Assembly (NCBI GenBank): GCA_963777955.1 | Contig: CAVZSQ010000017.1 | Span: 160,001-224,000, forward strand | DNA: 64,000 bases | From: Calditrichia bacterium | GTDB lineage: Bacteria; Calditrichota; Calditrichia; JAJRVZ01 | Direction of reading: 5' to 3' | In this document: piece by piece, positions 33,941-45,287 of the stretch | How the letters are laid out: each line of letters starts with the position of its first letter | How positions within the stretch are numbered: position 1 is the first letter of the stretch | Position numbers and translations under genes: made by a program | The notes under the pieces: generated by a model | Databases searched by the model: none | What the model saw: only the letters and a program-made list of their open reading frames with translations | Told to the model about the DNA's origin: nothing

Positions 33941-34198
33941 ATGAAAAATCTTAACTGTTGCATGTTCTCAAAATGGGATCAGGATGCCGCCAGGGATCTG
34001 GGACGGGCGGGGGATTTCGAGTTTGTGCTGGGCCGCTGCGGCAAGTGCGGCGCATACTGGATGAGTGTTTATTGTCCGGCAGTCAGTACCGCAGACTATG
34101 CGCCTGTTTCCGGCGAGGACGCGCAGAAGATGCTGTCGCTGCCCCCGGGAGCGGAGTTAAAATCTTTCCTGAAAGAGTGGGAAAAGGAGCATGTATGA
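33941..34198 (+). CDS. Small Cys-rich hypothetical protein
   Basis: 85 aa; CC, CGKC and YC motifs. Confidence 0.55.
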   Translation: MKNLNCCMFSKWDQDAARDLGRAGDFEFVLGRCGKCGAYWMSVYCPAVSTADYAPVSGEDAQKMLSLPPGAELKSFLKEWEKEHV

Positions 34199-34243
34199 GG
34201 GAAAAAGAGGGGTGGGTCACAAAAGGCGAATTGTAAAACGCCC

Positions 34244-36340
34244 CTACTTCAGCAAGATCATCTTCCTGACCTGCTCAAAGTTTCCAACCTGCAGCCGATA
34301 AAAATAAATCCCACCGGCAAAGCCTGCGGCGTTCCATTCTGCGCTATGCGTTCCCGCACCAAGATTTTCTTTCATTAAGGTTGCTACTTTCCGGCCCAGC
34401 AGGTCGAAGATCTCCAGAGTTACAAAATTGGAATTTGGAATCTGGAATTTGATGGCGGTGCTTGGATTAAAAGGATTAGGGTAGTTCTGCTGTAATGAAT
34501 AATTCCGGGAAAGTTCCGGTCCGGCCTTTTTAATATCATCAAGCGGAAAAGTGAAATTTTTCCGGTAGGCCTGGGCGGCATAAGAATGGTTCTTCAGCAG
34601 ATCATTCCAATCGCTTCCGAAAATGAAGGCCAGGGTAAATTTTTGCAGCTGACCCGGTTTCATCGAAAAATACCCGCAGCCCAATAACAGTTCAACATTA
34701 TACCCGGTGGTAACCGTGGAATAATATCCCGGAGCCAGCGCATTCCAACAGGCTCCATCATCATATAGAGCTAAAGAGGTCCATTCATACAGGTTGGAGC
34801 TGGTCAAGCCCAGCATATCTGTCTCGTCGATATCCGTTTTATCAAAATCTGGTTCGCCGCAGGTGGGAAATCCGTCCCCTTCGCCCGTATCGCCGGTTCC
34901 GGCCAGGCCGTCCGCTCCCAGGTCGTCCGCCGGCAGGTCCCAGTCTCCGTCATTATCGATGCCATCGTCCCGGCGTTCATCGATCAGCAGGTTGTTCAGA
35001 CCATTGGTGCTTGTATCGGGATTAGAGTAATCGATGTATTTATACCCTGTGTAAAGATAATTGAAAATTCCGCTCTCATTTTCCTGCCCCCTGCTTTCAT
35101 CGATGAGGCCGTTGAGATTGTCGTCAAACTGGTTATCGCCGATTTCGGACCGGCCGGCGTGATCCAGCAGCTGTCCCGTCCAGAATTTATAAACAATTGA
35201 ATTGCACTGAATTTCGAGCGTATCATCCGGGTTGTCCAGGGTATCGTTCAGGGTGGTAACATGCCGCTGGAAATTGTCATAATTAATCACGACAATCGTA
35301 TCGTTCAGGTTAAGAGTATCGGGCTGCCATAACAGGTCGGAGATAATCCCCCCGCTGCCCGCTGCGCCGTCTGCATCGTTGTCAATTCCGTCATGAGAGT
35401 CACCAGGGCTTTCCAGCACGGCTGCGCCGAAGTAGCCCACCGGCCAGAAGCCGCCGGCGCCTATATCATCAAGATCCCACTGATATACCAGGTCCAATTC
35501 CCGGTTATAACTGCCACAGTCATCCCCGGCGTCGGCGCCGCTGTAACTTTCCCCCATATTACTCCCGATTGTGTAACCCAGTACCATTTTATGGTGGCTG
35601 TAAGTGCCGATGTTTTCAAAATCGATAATCTTAAATAAAACATCTTCCAGCAGAATATCGGAAAATTGTAATCCGCGTGCATACATCCGCATGCCCAGGC
35701 CCTTTCTGGATAGATCCGTGCTATCCGGGTAAAAATTGAATTCCTGGTTCATGTAGTCATCGGCGACATAATAGCTTTCCTGCGCGGCGTCGAAACGGTC
35801 CCGGCCGAAGTAGCCGTTCCACGAACCGGCCCAGCCATCGGCAGAATAATTGGGATTTGCCGTGTCGGCGATATCGGGCCAGAAGGGCGGCCAGGATTCC
35901 GGTTTATGACTCATGGTAATCAGGTTAGTATCGGGATTGGCAAACCCGGGCAGGGGAAGAAAAGTCCACCATTCGGAAGTGAGCGGATTACAACTTCCGC
36001 AGGTTCCGCCCCAATTCATGATTTTACTCTCGCTCAGGATATGCATTATATATCCTGAATTATCGATGACTTCGGAACCGACAAAAATATCCCCGTTAAC
36101 CAGGTAAAAGTGTTCCGAGTTAAGCGGCCATTCACCGGCAATCTGCGGCAGTTGACCGACCATGCCTCCGTCAGATCCATCATTGAAAAAAGTGGTCCGG
36201 AACTGGTTCCCGGAATGAGTACCCATCCGGCTTTCGGCATCATCGCCATGCAGATCTCCCACCTGGGAGTGAAGATTTGTCGATGCCAGCATCAAGAGTA
36301 AAACCGCGACGAATGGAGCAGAATAGAAAAAATTTTTCAT
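34244..36340 (-). CDS. Secreted acidic protein with DGIDNDxDG repeats and a C-terminal sorting-type domain
   Basis: Signal peptide; HDGIDNDADG, DDNLNGLIDE, DGIDNDGDW; QNYPNPFNP...GIYFYRL...RKMILLK. Confidence 0.85.
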   Translation of the reverse strand: MKNFFYSAPFVAVLLLMLASTNLHSQVGDLHGDDAESRMGTHSGNQFRTTFFNDGSDGGMVGQLPQIAGEWPLNSEHFYLVNGDIFVGSEVIDNSGYIMHILSESKIMNWGGTCGSCNPLTSEWWTFLPLPGFANPDTNLITMSHKPESWPPFWPDIADTANPNYSADGWAGSWNGYFGRDRFDAAQESYYVADDYMNQEFNFYPDSTDLSRKGLGMRMYARGLQFSDILLEDVLFKIIDFENIGTYSHHKMVLGYTIGSNMGESYSGADAGDDCGSYNRELDLVYQWDLDDIGAGGFWPVGYFGAAVLESPGDSHDGIDNDADGAAGSGGIISDLLWQPDTLNLNDTIVVINYDNFQRHVTTLNDTLDNPDDTLEIQCNSIVYKFWTGQLLDHAGRSEIGDNQFDDNLNGLIDESRGQENESGIFNYLYTGYKYIDYSNPDTSTNGLNNLLIDERRDDGIDNDGDWDLPADDLGADGLAGTGDTGEGDGFPTCGEPDFDKTDIDETDMLGLTSSNLYEWTSLALYDDGACWNALAPGYYSTVTTGYNVELLLGCGYFSMKPGQLQKFTLAFIFGSDWNDLLKNHSYAAQAYRKNFTFPLDDIKKAGPELSRNYSLQQNYPNPFNPSTAIKFQIPNSNFVTLEIFDLLGRKVATLMKENLGAGTHSAEWNAAGFAGGIYFYRLQVGNFEQVRKMILLK

Positions 36341-36599
36341 TTTGATTCCTCCTGAGCTTGAACAAATTTGATGTTAATTAACTTTAGTTGCCCGGTATTT
36401 ATTATCCTGGTACCCGGTCAAAACCTGTCCTAATAAGTGTCATAAAACTCAATTCGCATATACTTCAAAGCGTATAGATATCAGGTATAATTATAGTTCT
36501 AATTTCGAATAGTGCTGAAAGTGATATATACTAACGATGTAATATAATCACAGCACAAGGCATGTCCAAAGAAATATTACACGGACAGGGGTATATAAG

Positions 36600-36874
36600 A
36601 GAGGCACTTAGGTCGGAGGTCAGAATGACCGGTCGAAGATCTGGCGATAGACAGGCACAAAGGCACTAAGTGAAGATTAAAGATGAAAGATTAAAGAAAT
36701 AAGAGAAAGTGGGTAATGATGCTGGAGGCATCAGATGTTTGTAGTAAAGCAAAAACCCAATACTAAAACGACCCCGTAGGGGTCGAACAGATTTATCAAC
36801 AGAGGGACAAAGATACAAAGGTACAAAGCGTCATTCCCGCAGCAGGAATGCCTTGCGTGAAAGTAGTACAGGCG
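36600..36874. repeat. Composite repeat mosaic
   Basis: Family B with AGGCACAA octamers, GATTAAAGATGAAAGATT, GATGCTGGAGGCATC, CGACCCCGTAGGGGTCG, truncated family A at 36830. Confidence 0.8.
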
Positions 36875-36972
36875 CCTGCCAAAAGTTTTACATTATTCTG
36901 ACTTCCCGGTGACAAAACCCCCATCATTATTTATTAGTCTTACCAGTAAAAATAACTTCAGGGTAAGACATC

Positions 36973-38315
36973 ATGAAAGTATTGCTCATCGATCCCTCGG
37001 CCCGCAGATTTATGTACACCATGCATAAAGGTAAAATACCCCGCTCGCACCGCTATCCCGGACTCGGGCTGACCACGGTGGCGGCGCTGTGCCCGCCTGA
37101 CGTGGAGGCGCAAGTGCGGATCCTCGACGATGAATTCGAGCAGATCGATTTCCGCGATCTGCCGGACCTGGCCGGCATTTCGTTATTGACCTACAGCGCC
37201 AGGCGGGGTTACCAGATCGCCCGGCAGTTCCGCCAGCGCGGGGTGCCGGTGGTGCTGGGCGGCAGTCATGTCACCGCCTGTCCGGACGAGGCTAAACTGG
37301 AAGCCGAGGCGATTGTGACCGGCGAGGCGGAGGACACCTGGCCGCAGTTGCTGCGCGATTTCCGCCGCGGGGCCATGAAACCGGTTTACCGCTCCACCAA
37401 CCAGGCCAGCCTGGCCAGGTCAGCCCGTGGCCCGGCGCGACCTGCTGCGTCCGCAGAATTATATCACCGTCAACACCATCCAGGCCACCCGCGGCTGCCC
37501 GTTCAACTGCGAGTTCTGTTCCATCGCCGCGTTGTTCGGCCACCAGACCCGCTGCCGTCCGGTCGAAGAAGTTATTGCCGAAATCAAAACCTTTAAGGGC
37601 AGATATTTTGTGTTTAACGACGACAATCTCGGTCAGGAGCATGAGTATTATAAGAGCCTGTTCGCGCAATTGATACCGCTGAAGAAGAAGTGGCTGAGCA
37701 ACGCCTCCTGGAATATCGTGCAGGATAGCGAGATGCTGAAACTGCTGCAGCAGAGCGGCTGCTGCGGGCTGTTTATCGGTTTCGAATCGATCCAGGCCCA
37801 GCAGGGGGTCAGGAAAACCGGTGCGGCGGCCAATGGCGACGCCGACCGCCGGCAACTGTACACAGAGGTTGTGCGCAAACTGCACCGCTCGGGTATTGCC
37901 GTGATGGGGGCTTTTATTTTCGGGTTTGACAACGACGACGAACGCGTCTTCGCCCGGACCCTGGAGTTTGCCCGGCAGAGCCGCATCGATGCCGCGCAGA
38001 TAAATTTGCTGGTGCCCTATCCCGGCACGCCGTTATACGCCAGGTTGAAAGCAGGAGGGTCGGTTATGCGAGCAGGACTGGAACTGGTACCGCAGCTGGC
38101 ACGTCTGTTTCGAACCGAAGCATATGACCCGGCAGGTTTTGCAGGAAAAATACCTGTGGTTCCGGCGCAGGTTCAACTCCTATCCCCGTATCGCCCGGCG
38201 CAGTCTGAATTCCATGGCCCGTTCCTCGCCGCGGATCGCGGCGCTGTGCCTGGGGGTGAACCTGGGCTCGAAGAGGGATGTGCGCTATATCCCGCCTCAG
38301 GAGTATTCGGCGTGA
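36973..38315 (+). CDS. B12-binding-domain radical SAM protein (frameshifts near 37420 and 38060)
   Basis: VVLGGSHVT, GEAEDTW, TRGCPFNCEFC (CxxxCxxC), IGFES, FIFGFD, PYPGT. Confidence 0.88.
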
Positions 38316-38567
38316 TCGTAGTTTAGAAGGTCAAATGGATAAATGGTGAAAAGGATAAGCAGACAGGTATCAGCGCCAGGTGGAAAAATGAATCCTTGGC
38401 CGGGCCGGGGAGGAATAAAGCGGGAATGACAATCGGGCGCCATTCCCGCTGCTGGAAGTTCTTAACCTATTAATATAAAGGCAGGAATCTGATCTCGCTG
38501 GTTGCTGAGATGTCCTTCCCGCCTTTCAAATTCTCTGTTTGAGAATGAACCTTAATTGAATATATTC

Positions 38568-39185
38568 TTAATGTCCCAACACCTGAAGATCCCCTCTGAT
38601 CTCGCCCCCCGGGTACAGGGTGGTATGGACGTTGACATAGGTTAATCCATTCAGCATGGCCGTATGCAGGTCGACCAGGGTCATCCCGGCCAGCGGGCCG
38701 ACCAGGTTGGCAGCGGTCAGGGTTCCCGAGGCCAGGACACCGTTGAAGGTACCCGGGATCAATTGCGGCGGCGGGGCTGAGGGGTAGAGCCACAGCACCG
38801 GCGGGCCGTTCGCGCCAACAGCCGGGGCCAGGTGTATATGGGCCACGGTGACGTCGTTGGTGTTGACCACGATCAGTTTGAACTGTAACGAGCTGCTGTC
38901 GGGACTGAAACGGACCAGGGCTAATCCCTTGCCCTGGCTATCGGTGTTGTCACCGGCGCCGGTCAGAAAAGCCCAGAAGAGATTGACCTTCCTGTGGCGG
39001 GAATTTAATTTCCACTCCTGGTCCTGGGGACCGTTCAGGTACTGGGCCTGCAGCTGGGCCAGGGCCTGATCCTCTTCGCTCTGCGCCTGCGGAGCGCTGT
39101 TCATCACGGCCGCATCTTCCTGCGAACAGGAAATCAGAAACCCGGCCAGCAGACAAAGCAATAAAATATATAGATAGGACCTCAT
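38568..39185 (-). CDS. CHRD-domain lipoprotein
   Basis: LISC lipobox; VAHIHLAPAVGANGP, TYVNVHT..YPGGEIRG. Confidence 0.88.
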   Translation of the reverse strand: MRSYLYILLLCLLAGFLISCSQEDAAVMNSAPQAQSEEDQALAQLQAQYLNGPQDQEWKLNSRHRKVNLFWAFLTGAGDNTDSQGKGLALVRFSPDSSSLQFKLIVVNTNDVTVAHIHLAPAVGANGPPVLWLYPSAPPPQLIPGTFNGVLASGTLTAANLVGPLAGMTLVDLHTAMLNGLTYVNVHTTLYPGGEIRGDLQVLGH

Positions 39186-39240
39186 GGGTACCTCCTAATT
39201 GAATTGGTTTAACGGTTGAAGAGCCATTGTAAAGTTAAAA

Positions 39241-39265
39241 AACGAAAATGCGGCTATAAAATTCC
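39241..39265 (-). promoter_or_regulatory. Candidate ECF promoter for the CHRD gene
   Basis: Minus strand GGAAT-N17-GTT, about 55 nt before the ATG. Confidence 0.35.
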
Positions 39266-39314
39266 CGGCTGGTCGAAGGATCGAGGGCCGCAGGGGTCGA
39301 ACAATCATTCGCCC

Positions 39315-40729
39315 CTAAGATTTGACCTTTATAACTGCCATCGTGATATCATCGTCCTGCGTTCTGCCGCCTCGCCATTGGTCGGCCAGAGCAAACAGCT
39401 GCTGGGAGATTTCAACCGGTTTTTTATGGGCAGATTCCTGGAAGGCAGCAGCGATTAGCGGGTAGTCCAGCATCTCGCTTTTTTCATTGAACAATTCCGG
39501 CAGGCCGTCGGACAGCAGCAGGATCACATCTCCGGCAGCCAGTTCCGTTTCGACAGTTTGATAGGGGAATGAATTCACCGCCCCCAGGGGCGCGCCCTTC
39601 AATTCCAGTTCCTCTATTTTTTGTTTCGCCGCTTTATAGATCTGCACCGGGGGCATCCCGGCTGCCGAGGCCGTTAATTTTTTGTCTTTTATTTTAACCA
39701 GCAGCATGGTCATGTACAAATTACCCAATCTCATTTTCCTGATGGTCTGGGAACACATGTTAAAAAATGCCGGAAAATCCATTTTTAAAATCTGGGTTAC
39801 AAACAGGCTTTTGATGATGGAGACCATGATCCCGGCTTTCAGGCCATGACCGGTAGCGTCGCCGAGGGTAACGATACAGGGCGCTGGCGTCCTGGTCCAA
39901 CAGAGTAATCGTAATAATCCCCGCCGACTTCGGTAGCAGTTTTCATATCGAAGCAAATCTCCAGTCCGGCGAGTTCCGAGACGCACTTCGGCAGCATGGC
40001 CAGTTGCAGGTTTTTGGCTTCCAGTAATTCTTTGGATTTGCGGGAATCTTCCTGTTCCAGCAGGCGGTGCTGGATTTCATTTTCTTTATTTTGCCGTTCT
40101 TTTTCCAGGATGGTGCGGTTCATGCGGGCCATATCGCTGGCCAGGAACACCGAGGCTGAAACGATCAGGAAGCCGAAACCGAACTGGTAGCCGTTGGTCA
40201 GGTTGAGGATGGGCTGAAACAGTTTAAAATCCAGGGCCATATCGTACAGTGACAATACGAACAGCAGTAAAAATCCGGCTGTGATTATCCAGGCGCCGTG
40301 CCGGCGGCGGCGGATCGCCCCGCTCAGCACCCGCAGGGCTTCGATCATGTAGGCGAAAACCCACAGCAGGAACAGGTTGAACCAGTCTATATTAAGCGTG
40401 CCCAGCAGTCCGCTGATGGCCAGGCCGGCGGCGATGATCCAGAAAGACTTCGTCAGTTTCAGGTCAAAGACCGCGTAGATGAACAGCAGGCCGGCGATGG
40501 AGCGGTAGGGCATCACGGCGTGGTGGATTCTCAGGAACAGGTCGTTGGCCGGGTGGGACGCTACCAGCAGGCGCTGGAAGTCGAAAAAGATAGCGATGGC
40601 GTAGAGGAACAGGAAGATTGAAAAATACAGATTGCTTTTGAATTGCCGGTTAAAGGCATACAGGGACAGGTGCAGGATGCCGAAAGCCAGGGCCAGGGTG
40701 GTAAAGAATATTTGCTGGTATAAGTCCAT
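39315..40729 (-). CDS. Multi-TM SpoIIE/PP2C-type phosphatase (frameshift near 39895)
   Basis: About 7 TMs, coiled coil, LQLAMLP, EVGGDYYD, GDATGHG, SDGLPE, QDDDIT. Confidence 0.88.
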
Positions 40730-40746
40730 TTTTTATCAACAGGTTT

Positions 40747-40772
40747 GTAGGGGCGAATGATTCTTCGCCCTA
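40747..40772. repeat. GTAG-type REP-like palindrome
   Basis: GTAGGGGCGAATGATTCTTCGCCCTA; inverted copy at 39290-39317, degenerate copies near 41008 and 42927. Confidence 0.7.
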
Positions 40773-40850
40773 TATTTATCTTACAATACGAAAAGAAAAA
40801 TGAAAAGATTTATTTTCGGAAAATTTAAATCAAATCTTTTAAGGATTTTT

Positions 40851-40958
40851 TTCGCGAATTTATGTTTGAGTCCGGCAGTAGCCGGACGAGTTTAAATTCG
40901 CGAAGGGCATTTTTGCTTACTTTTTGACCAGACAAAAAGTAGGTCGCCGAAGGCGAAA
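40851..40958. repeat. 108-bp multi-hairpin element, copy 1
   Basis: TTCGCGAATTTA...TAAATTCGCGAA outer stem, inner hairpin, second and third hairpins; near-identical copy at 42769-42877. Confidence 0.9.
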
Positions 40959-41037
40959 TTAGTCCTTATTACGGTTTAATATATTGCCTGTAGAGAAGAA
41001 TAATATGTGCAGGGAGAATGATTATTAGTGTTATGAG

Positions 41038-41315
41038 TCAGGATTGCAGCGCTTTTCTCATTTCCTCGACATTTTTCTTCAATCCCGGCCACCTAGTCCA
41101 CTGATCGACCGTGCAGGTGGGGAAATCGGCGCAGTGGGCGCAGGTCAGGACCTGTTTCTTTTCGGCGCATTGTTTGGCCGAGCAGTTGAACAGGGCGCTT
41201 GGCGTCTTGCAGCCGTGGCAGACGATCTGTTCCAGGCTTTCATGTTCCATTTTCTGGCCGTCTCCTCGCGCAGTTGCTGGTACGGTCATTCTGCGTGGCG
41301 ATGTAGCGTCGCACT
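41038..41315 (-). pseudogene. 5'-truncated DUF3795-like Cys-rich gene
   Basis: CHGCK...FNCSAKQCAEKK.VLTCAHCADFPTC; homology to 42960-43444 stops at 41315 where AT-rich DNA begins. Confidence 0.7.
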
Positions 41316-41412
41316 ATTTAGTTGTAAAATATTTCGCTTGACTTATGCACAAGTGTGGTATATATTTACCATGTGGTAACAATATACCACAGTGTATTAA
41401 AAAGGAGGAGAT

Positions 41413-41790
41413 ATGTTGTGCTTTGGAGAGTTTGTTAAAAAATATTAGGATTAAACAAGGAATCACGTTACGCGAATTTTGTAAATCTGCTAATTTAGAT
41501 CCAAGTAATTGGAGCAAAATTGAAAGGAACATTCTTCAACCACCTAAAAGTAAGGAAGTATTATCAACTATAGCAAATGCACTAAATTTAAAGGAAAATC
41601 AGAATTTTGGAATACTCTATTGGAGTTGGCTTTAATTGAGCCACATACCAAGTGAACTAATTAATGATAAAAAAGTTGTTGAAAAATTGCCTGTATTTTT
41701 TCGTACACTAAATGGTCAAAAACCAAATCGTGCTGAACTTGAAGATTTGATAAGATTGTTAAAAGAGATCTTTATGAATTATGAGGAGGT
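41413..41790 (+). CDS. XRE-family HTH protein (frameshifted, end approximate)
   Basis: AGGAGG RBS; FGEF...RIKQGITLREFC...DPSNWSKIER; KLPVFFRT. Confidence 0.75.
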
Positions 41791-41794
41791 ACTT

Positions 41795-42413
41795 GTGAAT
41801 TATATAAAACCTCGTTACTTAACCAAAGATTTTATTCGAAAAGAAGTGGAAAAATTTCGTAAAAAATATGTGAATCCACCAAATTTGATTCCAGTTCCCA
41901 TTATTGAAATTGTTGAAACGGTTATTAAAATATATCCAATTCCTATAAAAGGATTAAAAACAGAATTAGATATGGATGGATTTCTTCTCCAAAGACCTCA
42001 ACAATATTATAATTGATCATGATTTCTATATGGATCAAAGATTTGAAAATAGACTCAGATTCACATATGCACATGAAGTTGGGCATTTAATACTACATAA
42101 AGATGAAATTCAGCAATGTCAATTCAGAACATCAAGAAGAATGGGTACATTTTAGGGAAGATATGACTGAAGATGACTTTGGGTCATTTTGAGTATCAAG
42201 CATATGAATTTGCAGGGCGGTTATTGGTTCCACTGGACAAATTAGTTAGAAGAATTGGAGAAAAGAAAAGACAAGATTGCACAATTTAAATCACATATGT
42301 GGAGATGAAGGGTAAGGACCTTCTTATTAAAACTGTTTCATAAAGCATATCTGCATTGTATTTGGTGTTTCAGAGGATGTCATATTGAAAAGAATCATTG
42401 TACGAAAATTTAA
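41795..42413 (+). CDS. ImmA/IrrE-family zinc metallopeptidase (several frameshifts, end approximate)
   Basis: GAGGAGGT RBS and GTG start; IPVPI.EIVE, DGFL, RLRFTYAHEVGHLILH (HExxH), EYQAYEFAGRLLVP. Confidence 0.8.
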
Positions 42414-42463
42414 GAGATATAAATATTCTAATCAGTCTACTTTTAACTTTAGGAGTAATTAAT

Positions 42464-42700
42464 ATGCCGAGAATTACACATCATGTCGTTCACGATCCTG
42501 AAGGAGGATGGAATGTTAAAAGAGGTGGGGCGGACCAGGTCCTCCGGTCATTTCGAAACAAAGAATGCAGCTGAAAAATTTGCACGAGAAAGTGAGTATT
42601 AATCAGAATTCAGAACTTCTAATTCACGGGATTAGATGGTAAAATACAACGATCTGATAGTCACGGAAAGGACCCGTATCCTCCAAAGGATAAGAAATAA
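42464..42700 (+). CDS. DUF2188-family protein (three single-base insertions; missed by the ORF track)
   Basis: AGGAG RBS; THHVVHDPEGGWNVKRGGA...HFETK..A...ELLIHG.DGKIQRSDSHGKDPYPPKD. Confidence 0.8.
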
Positions 42701-42768
42701 TGATTCGGAATATTGCTACTTGTGAGGTTAAGAGTAATTTATAATCGTATATTTAAGACTTATTTTAT

Positions 42769-42877
42769 TTCGCGAATTTATGTTTGAGTCCCGACGAAGT
42801 CGGGACGAGTTTAAATTCGCGAAGGGTCTTTTTGCTTACTTTTTGACCAGACAAAAAGTAAGTCGCCGGAGGCGAAA
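42769..42877. repeat. Multi-hairpin element, copy 2
   Basis: As 40851-40958, with a different but fully paired inner hairpin GTCCCGAC-GAA-GTCGGGAC. Confidence 0.9.
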
Positions 42878-42959
42878 CAGATCCTGGTTATTGTTCATAT
42901 AATATATTTAATTAGAGATAATTTGTATAGGGGCGAATAATCATTCACTCTTACTAATA

Positions 42960-43444
42960 TTACGCTTTGCAGCGCCTTCCTCATCTCCTCCACCTTGTGC
43001 TTCAACTCCGGCCATTTGGTCCAGTGGTCGACCGTACAGGCGGGGAAACTCCGCGCAGTGGGCGCAGGTCAGGACACCTTTCTTTTCGGCGCACTGCTTG
43101 GCCGAGCAGTTGAACAGGGCGCGATGGGCGTCTTGCAGCCGTGGCAGTTGATCTGTTCGGCCTTCATGTTCCAGCGTTTGGCCGTCTCCTCGCGCAGTTG
43201 CTGGTTGTTGGTCTGCGTGGCGATATAAGCGTCGCACTCGTTGCACTTCAGGCAGCAGTAGGAGACCATGGAGAAGTCGTTGTTTTCCGGCAGGATTTCT
43301 TTCTTCTTCGATGATTTCAGACAGGAGGAAAGACCGGTTCCGGATAAAAGACAGGCAGGTGCCGGCGGCAGCGCCGGAAGCGACTTTCAGAAATTCACGA
43401 CGGTTGTGTAGCTTTAATGAATTAGTTGACATATATTTACTCAA
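42960..43444 (-). CDS. Tat-signal DUF3795-like Cys-rich protein (frameshifted)
   Basis: NRREFLK twin-Arg signal; SYCCLKCNECDAY, CHGCK, CSAKQC, CAHCAEFP. Confidence 0.7.
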
Positions 43445-43534
43445 TTATTTATATATAAACGAATTTAATAAAAGTATCTCTTCATCAATATCAATTTCAA
43501 ATTTTTATAGTTATGCATGTTTAGATTTCGTTTA

Positions 43535-44956
43535 GGTATTATCATAATCTTAGTTGAAATTTAGAATAGAGAGGCTCCTCCAAAAGATCAAATTTATTAC
43601 TAAATTTGGTCAAGACAATTAACATTTAAATTAGGAGGAACCTCGGGATGAAAGTAAAAACAACTACGGTTAATCGCAAGAAAATTAGTTGGTTATTACA
43701 GCAAGAGATCCATATTCAGTTCGAAATGCTACGACATCATTTTGAATTATGCCGGATGTTAATAAATGAGATATTAGATGATGAGGTAACGAGTCTGACA
43801 GGCGAATGATATAAACATGATCGTAACCATTACAACCGCTGGGGATATAATCCCGGTAGTGTACGCATAGGTGATGAGAAATTGCGAGTGGATGTACCTC
43901 GTGTATATGATACCCGGGCCAAGGAGAATAAATCTCTGGCAGCTATATAAACAGTTGAAGGCCTGCGGCTCACAGTCGACGACAAGTTATTCAAACGAGT
44001 TCTATCTGGTATAAGCACTTGAGATTACCGATCGGCCATACAGAATTTGGTGGATAGTTTTGGCTTAAGCCGATCCAGCGTCAGTAACCGGTTTATTGAA
44101 GTCAGTGCCGACAAATTAGAGGAATTTGCCAAGCGTGATTTGGGCAGACATGACTTTATTGCTTTATTTATCGATGGTAAATACCTGGCGAAAGAACAGA
44201 TCATCATAGTCTTAGGGGTAACGCTAAAGGGCGAAAAGATACCGTTGGGCTTCATCCAGACCAACACAGAGAATTCCGGATGTATCAAGGAACTACTCAG
44301 CGGTTTAGTTGATCGCGGTCTGAGATATAAGGAAGGTATTTTATGTATCATCGACGGTTCCAAAGGGATTCGCAAGGCGATCTCCGAAGTGTTCGGTAAA
44401 TATGCCCTGGTACAACGTTGCCAGTGGCATAAACGGGAAAATGTATTGAATTATTTAAAAGACAGTTCTAAGGAGATATATCGTAAAAGAATTAATAAAG
44501 CCTATCATACCGATACCTATCAGGAAGCAAAGAAGATGTTATTAGCGATTATCGCTGACTTAGAGGTAGAAAATTCCGATGCTGCCGGATCATTAAAAGA
44601 AGGCTTAGAAGAGACCTTGACCATGCATAAATTGGATCTGATCGAAGAATTCGGGACCAGTTTTACCATCGTGGCGGAGCAGACCTTTACGGCAACGAAT
44701 TGATTGAAAATGTAAACTCCCTTATGAATAAACATGTAGGTAAAGTAAAATACTGGCAAAACTCGGATCAACGACATCGTTGGATTGCCTGTGCTTTATT
44801 GGAGATTGAACAGCGATTAAGAAAAGTGGATAATTACAAGAAACTTCATCTGCTTAAAAAGAAAATTATGTTGGAAATAAATAAACAAACTGGGCTAAAA
44901 CTGAAAGCGGCGTGAGTTTCTCTTATGAAATTTTCAACTAAAATTTGGAATTAACT
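43535..44956 (+). mobile_element. Decayed IS256-family insertion sequence
   Basis: Imperfect terminal IRs sharing TTAGTTGAAA/TTTCAACTAA and GAG..TCTCT; no clear target duplication. Confidence 0.75.
43648..44915 (+). pseudogene. IS256-family (Mutator-type DDE) transposase pseudogene
   Basis: GIST*DY, LSRSSVS, FIDG, IIDGSKG, QRCQWHK, TN.IE; in-frame TGA at 43807 and 44020 plus frameshifts. Confidence 0.85.
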
Positions 44957-45287
44957 TTTTTAGCAGAATATATTTATATATTATTTGTAGTTATTTAACA
45001 ACCAATAAATATTATAGTTTATATTGACTATTAATTTAGATCTTTGTTACGATAAAAGTATATGTATTTTTTGGATCAAAATTTGTAGATATGTTTAGAT
45101 ACTCAAATATAATAATACGTTCTGTTTATGATTAGAATGAATGTTGAATAAATAGTGGAGTACATTCATGAGTACAGTTACTCCAAAATAGGGATAATAT
45201 ATTTTATAACATATAGTATTTATTTATCTTAAGAAAATATTTAATTTAAATAGTTCTTAATTATATTCATGAGGAGCATACCCCAAT

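Noticed and set aside
36973..38315. Radical SAM enzyme as a modifier of the bacteriocin precursors
   Set aside because: About 18 kb away, no RRE or SPASM features seen, and no adjacent precursor
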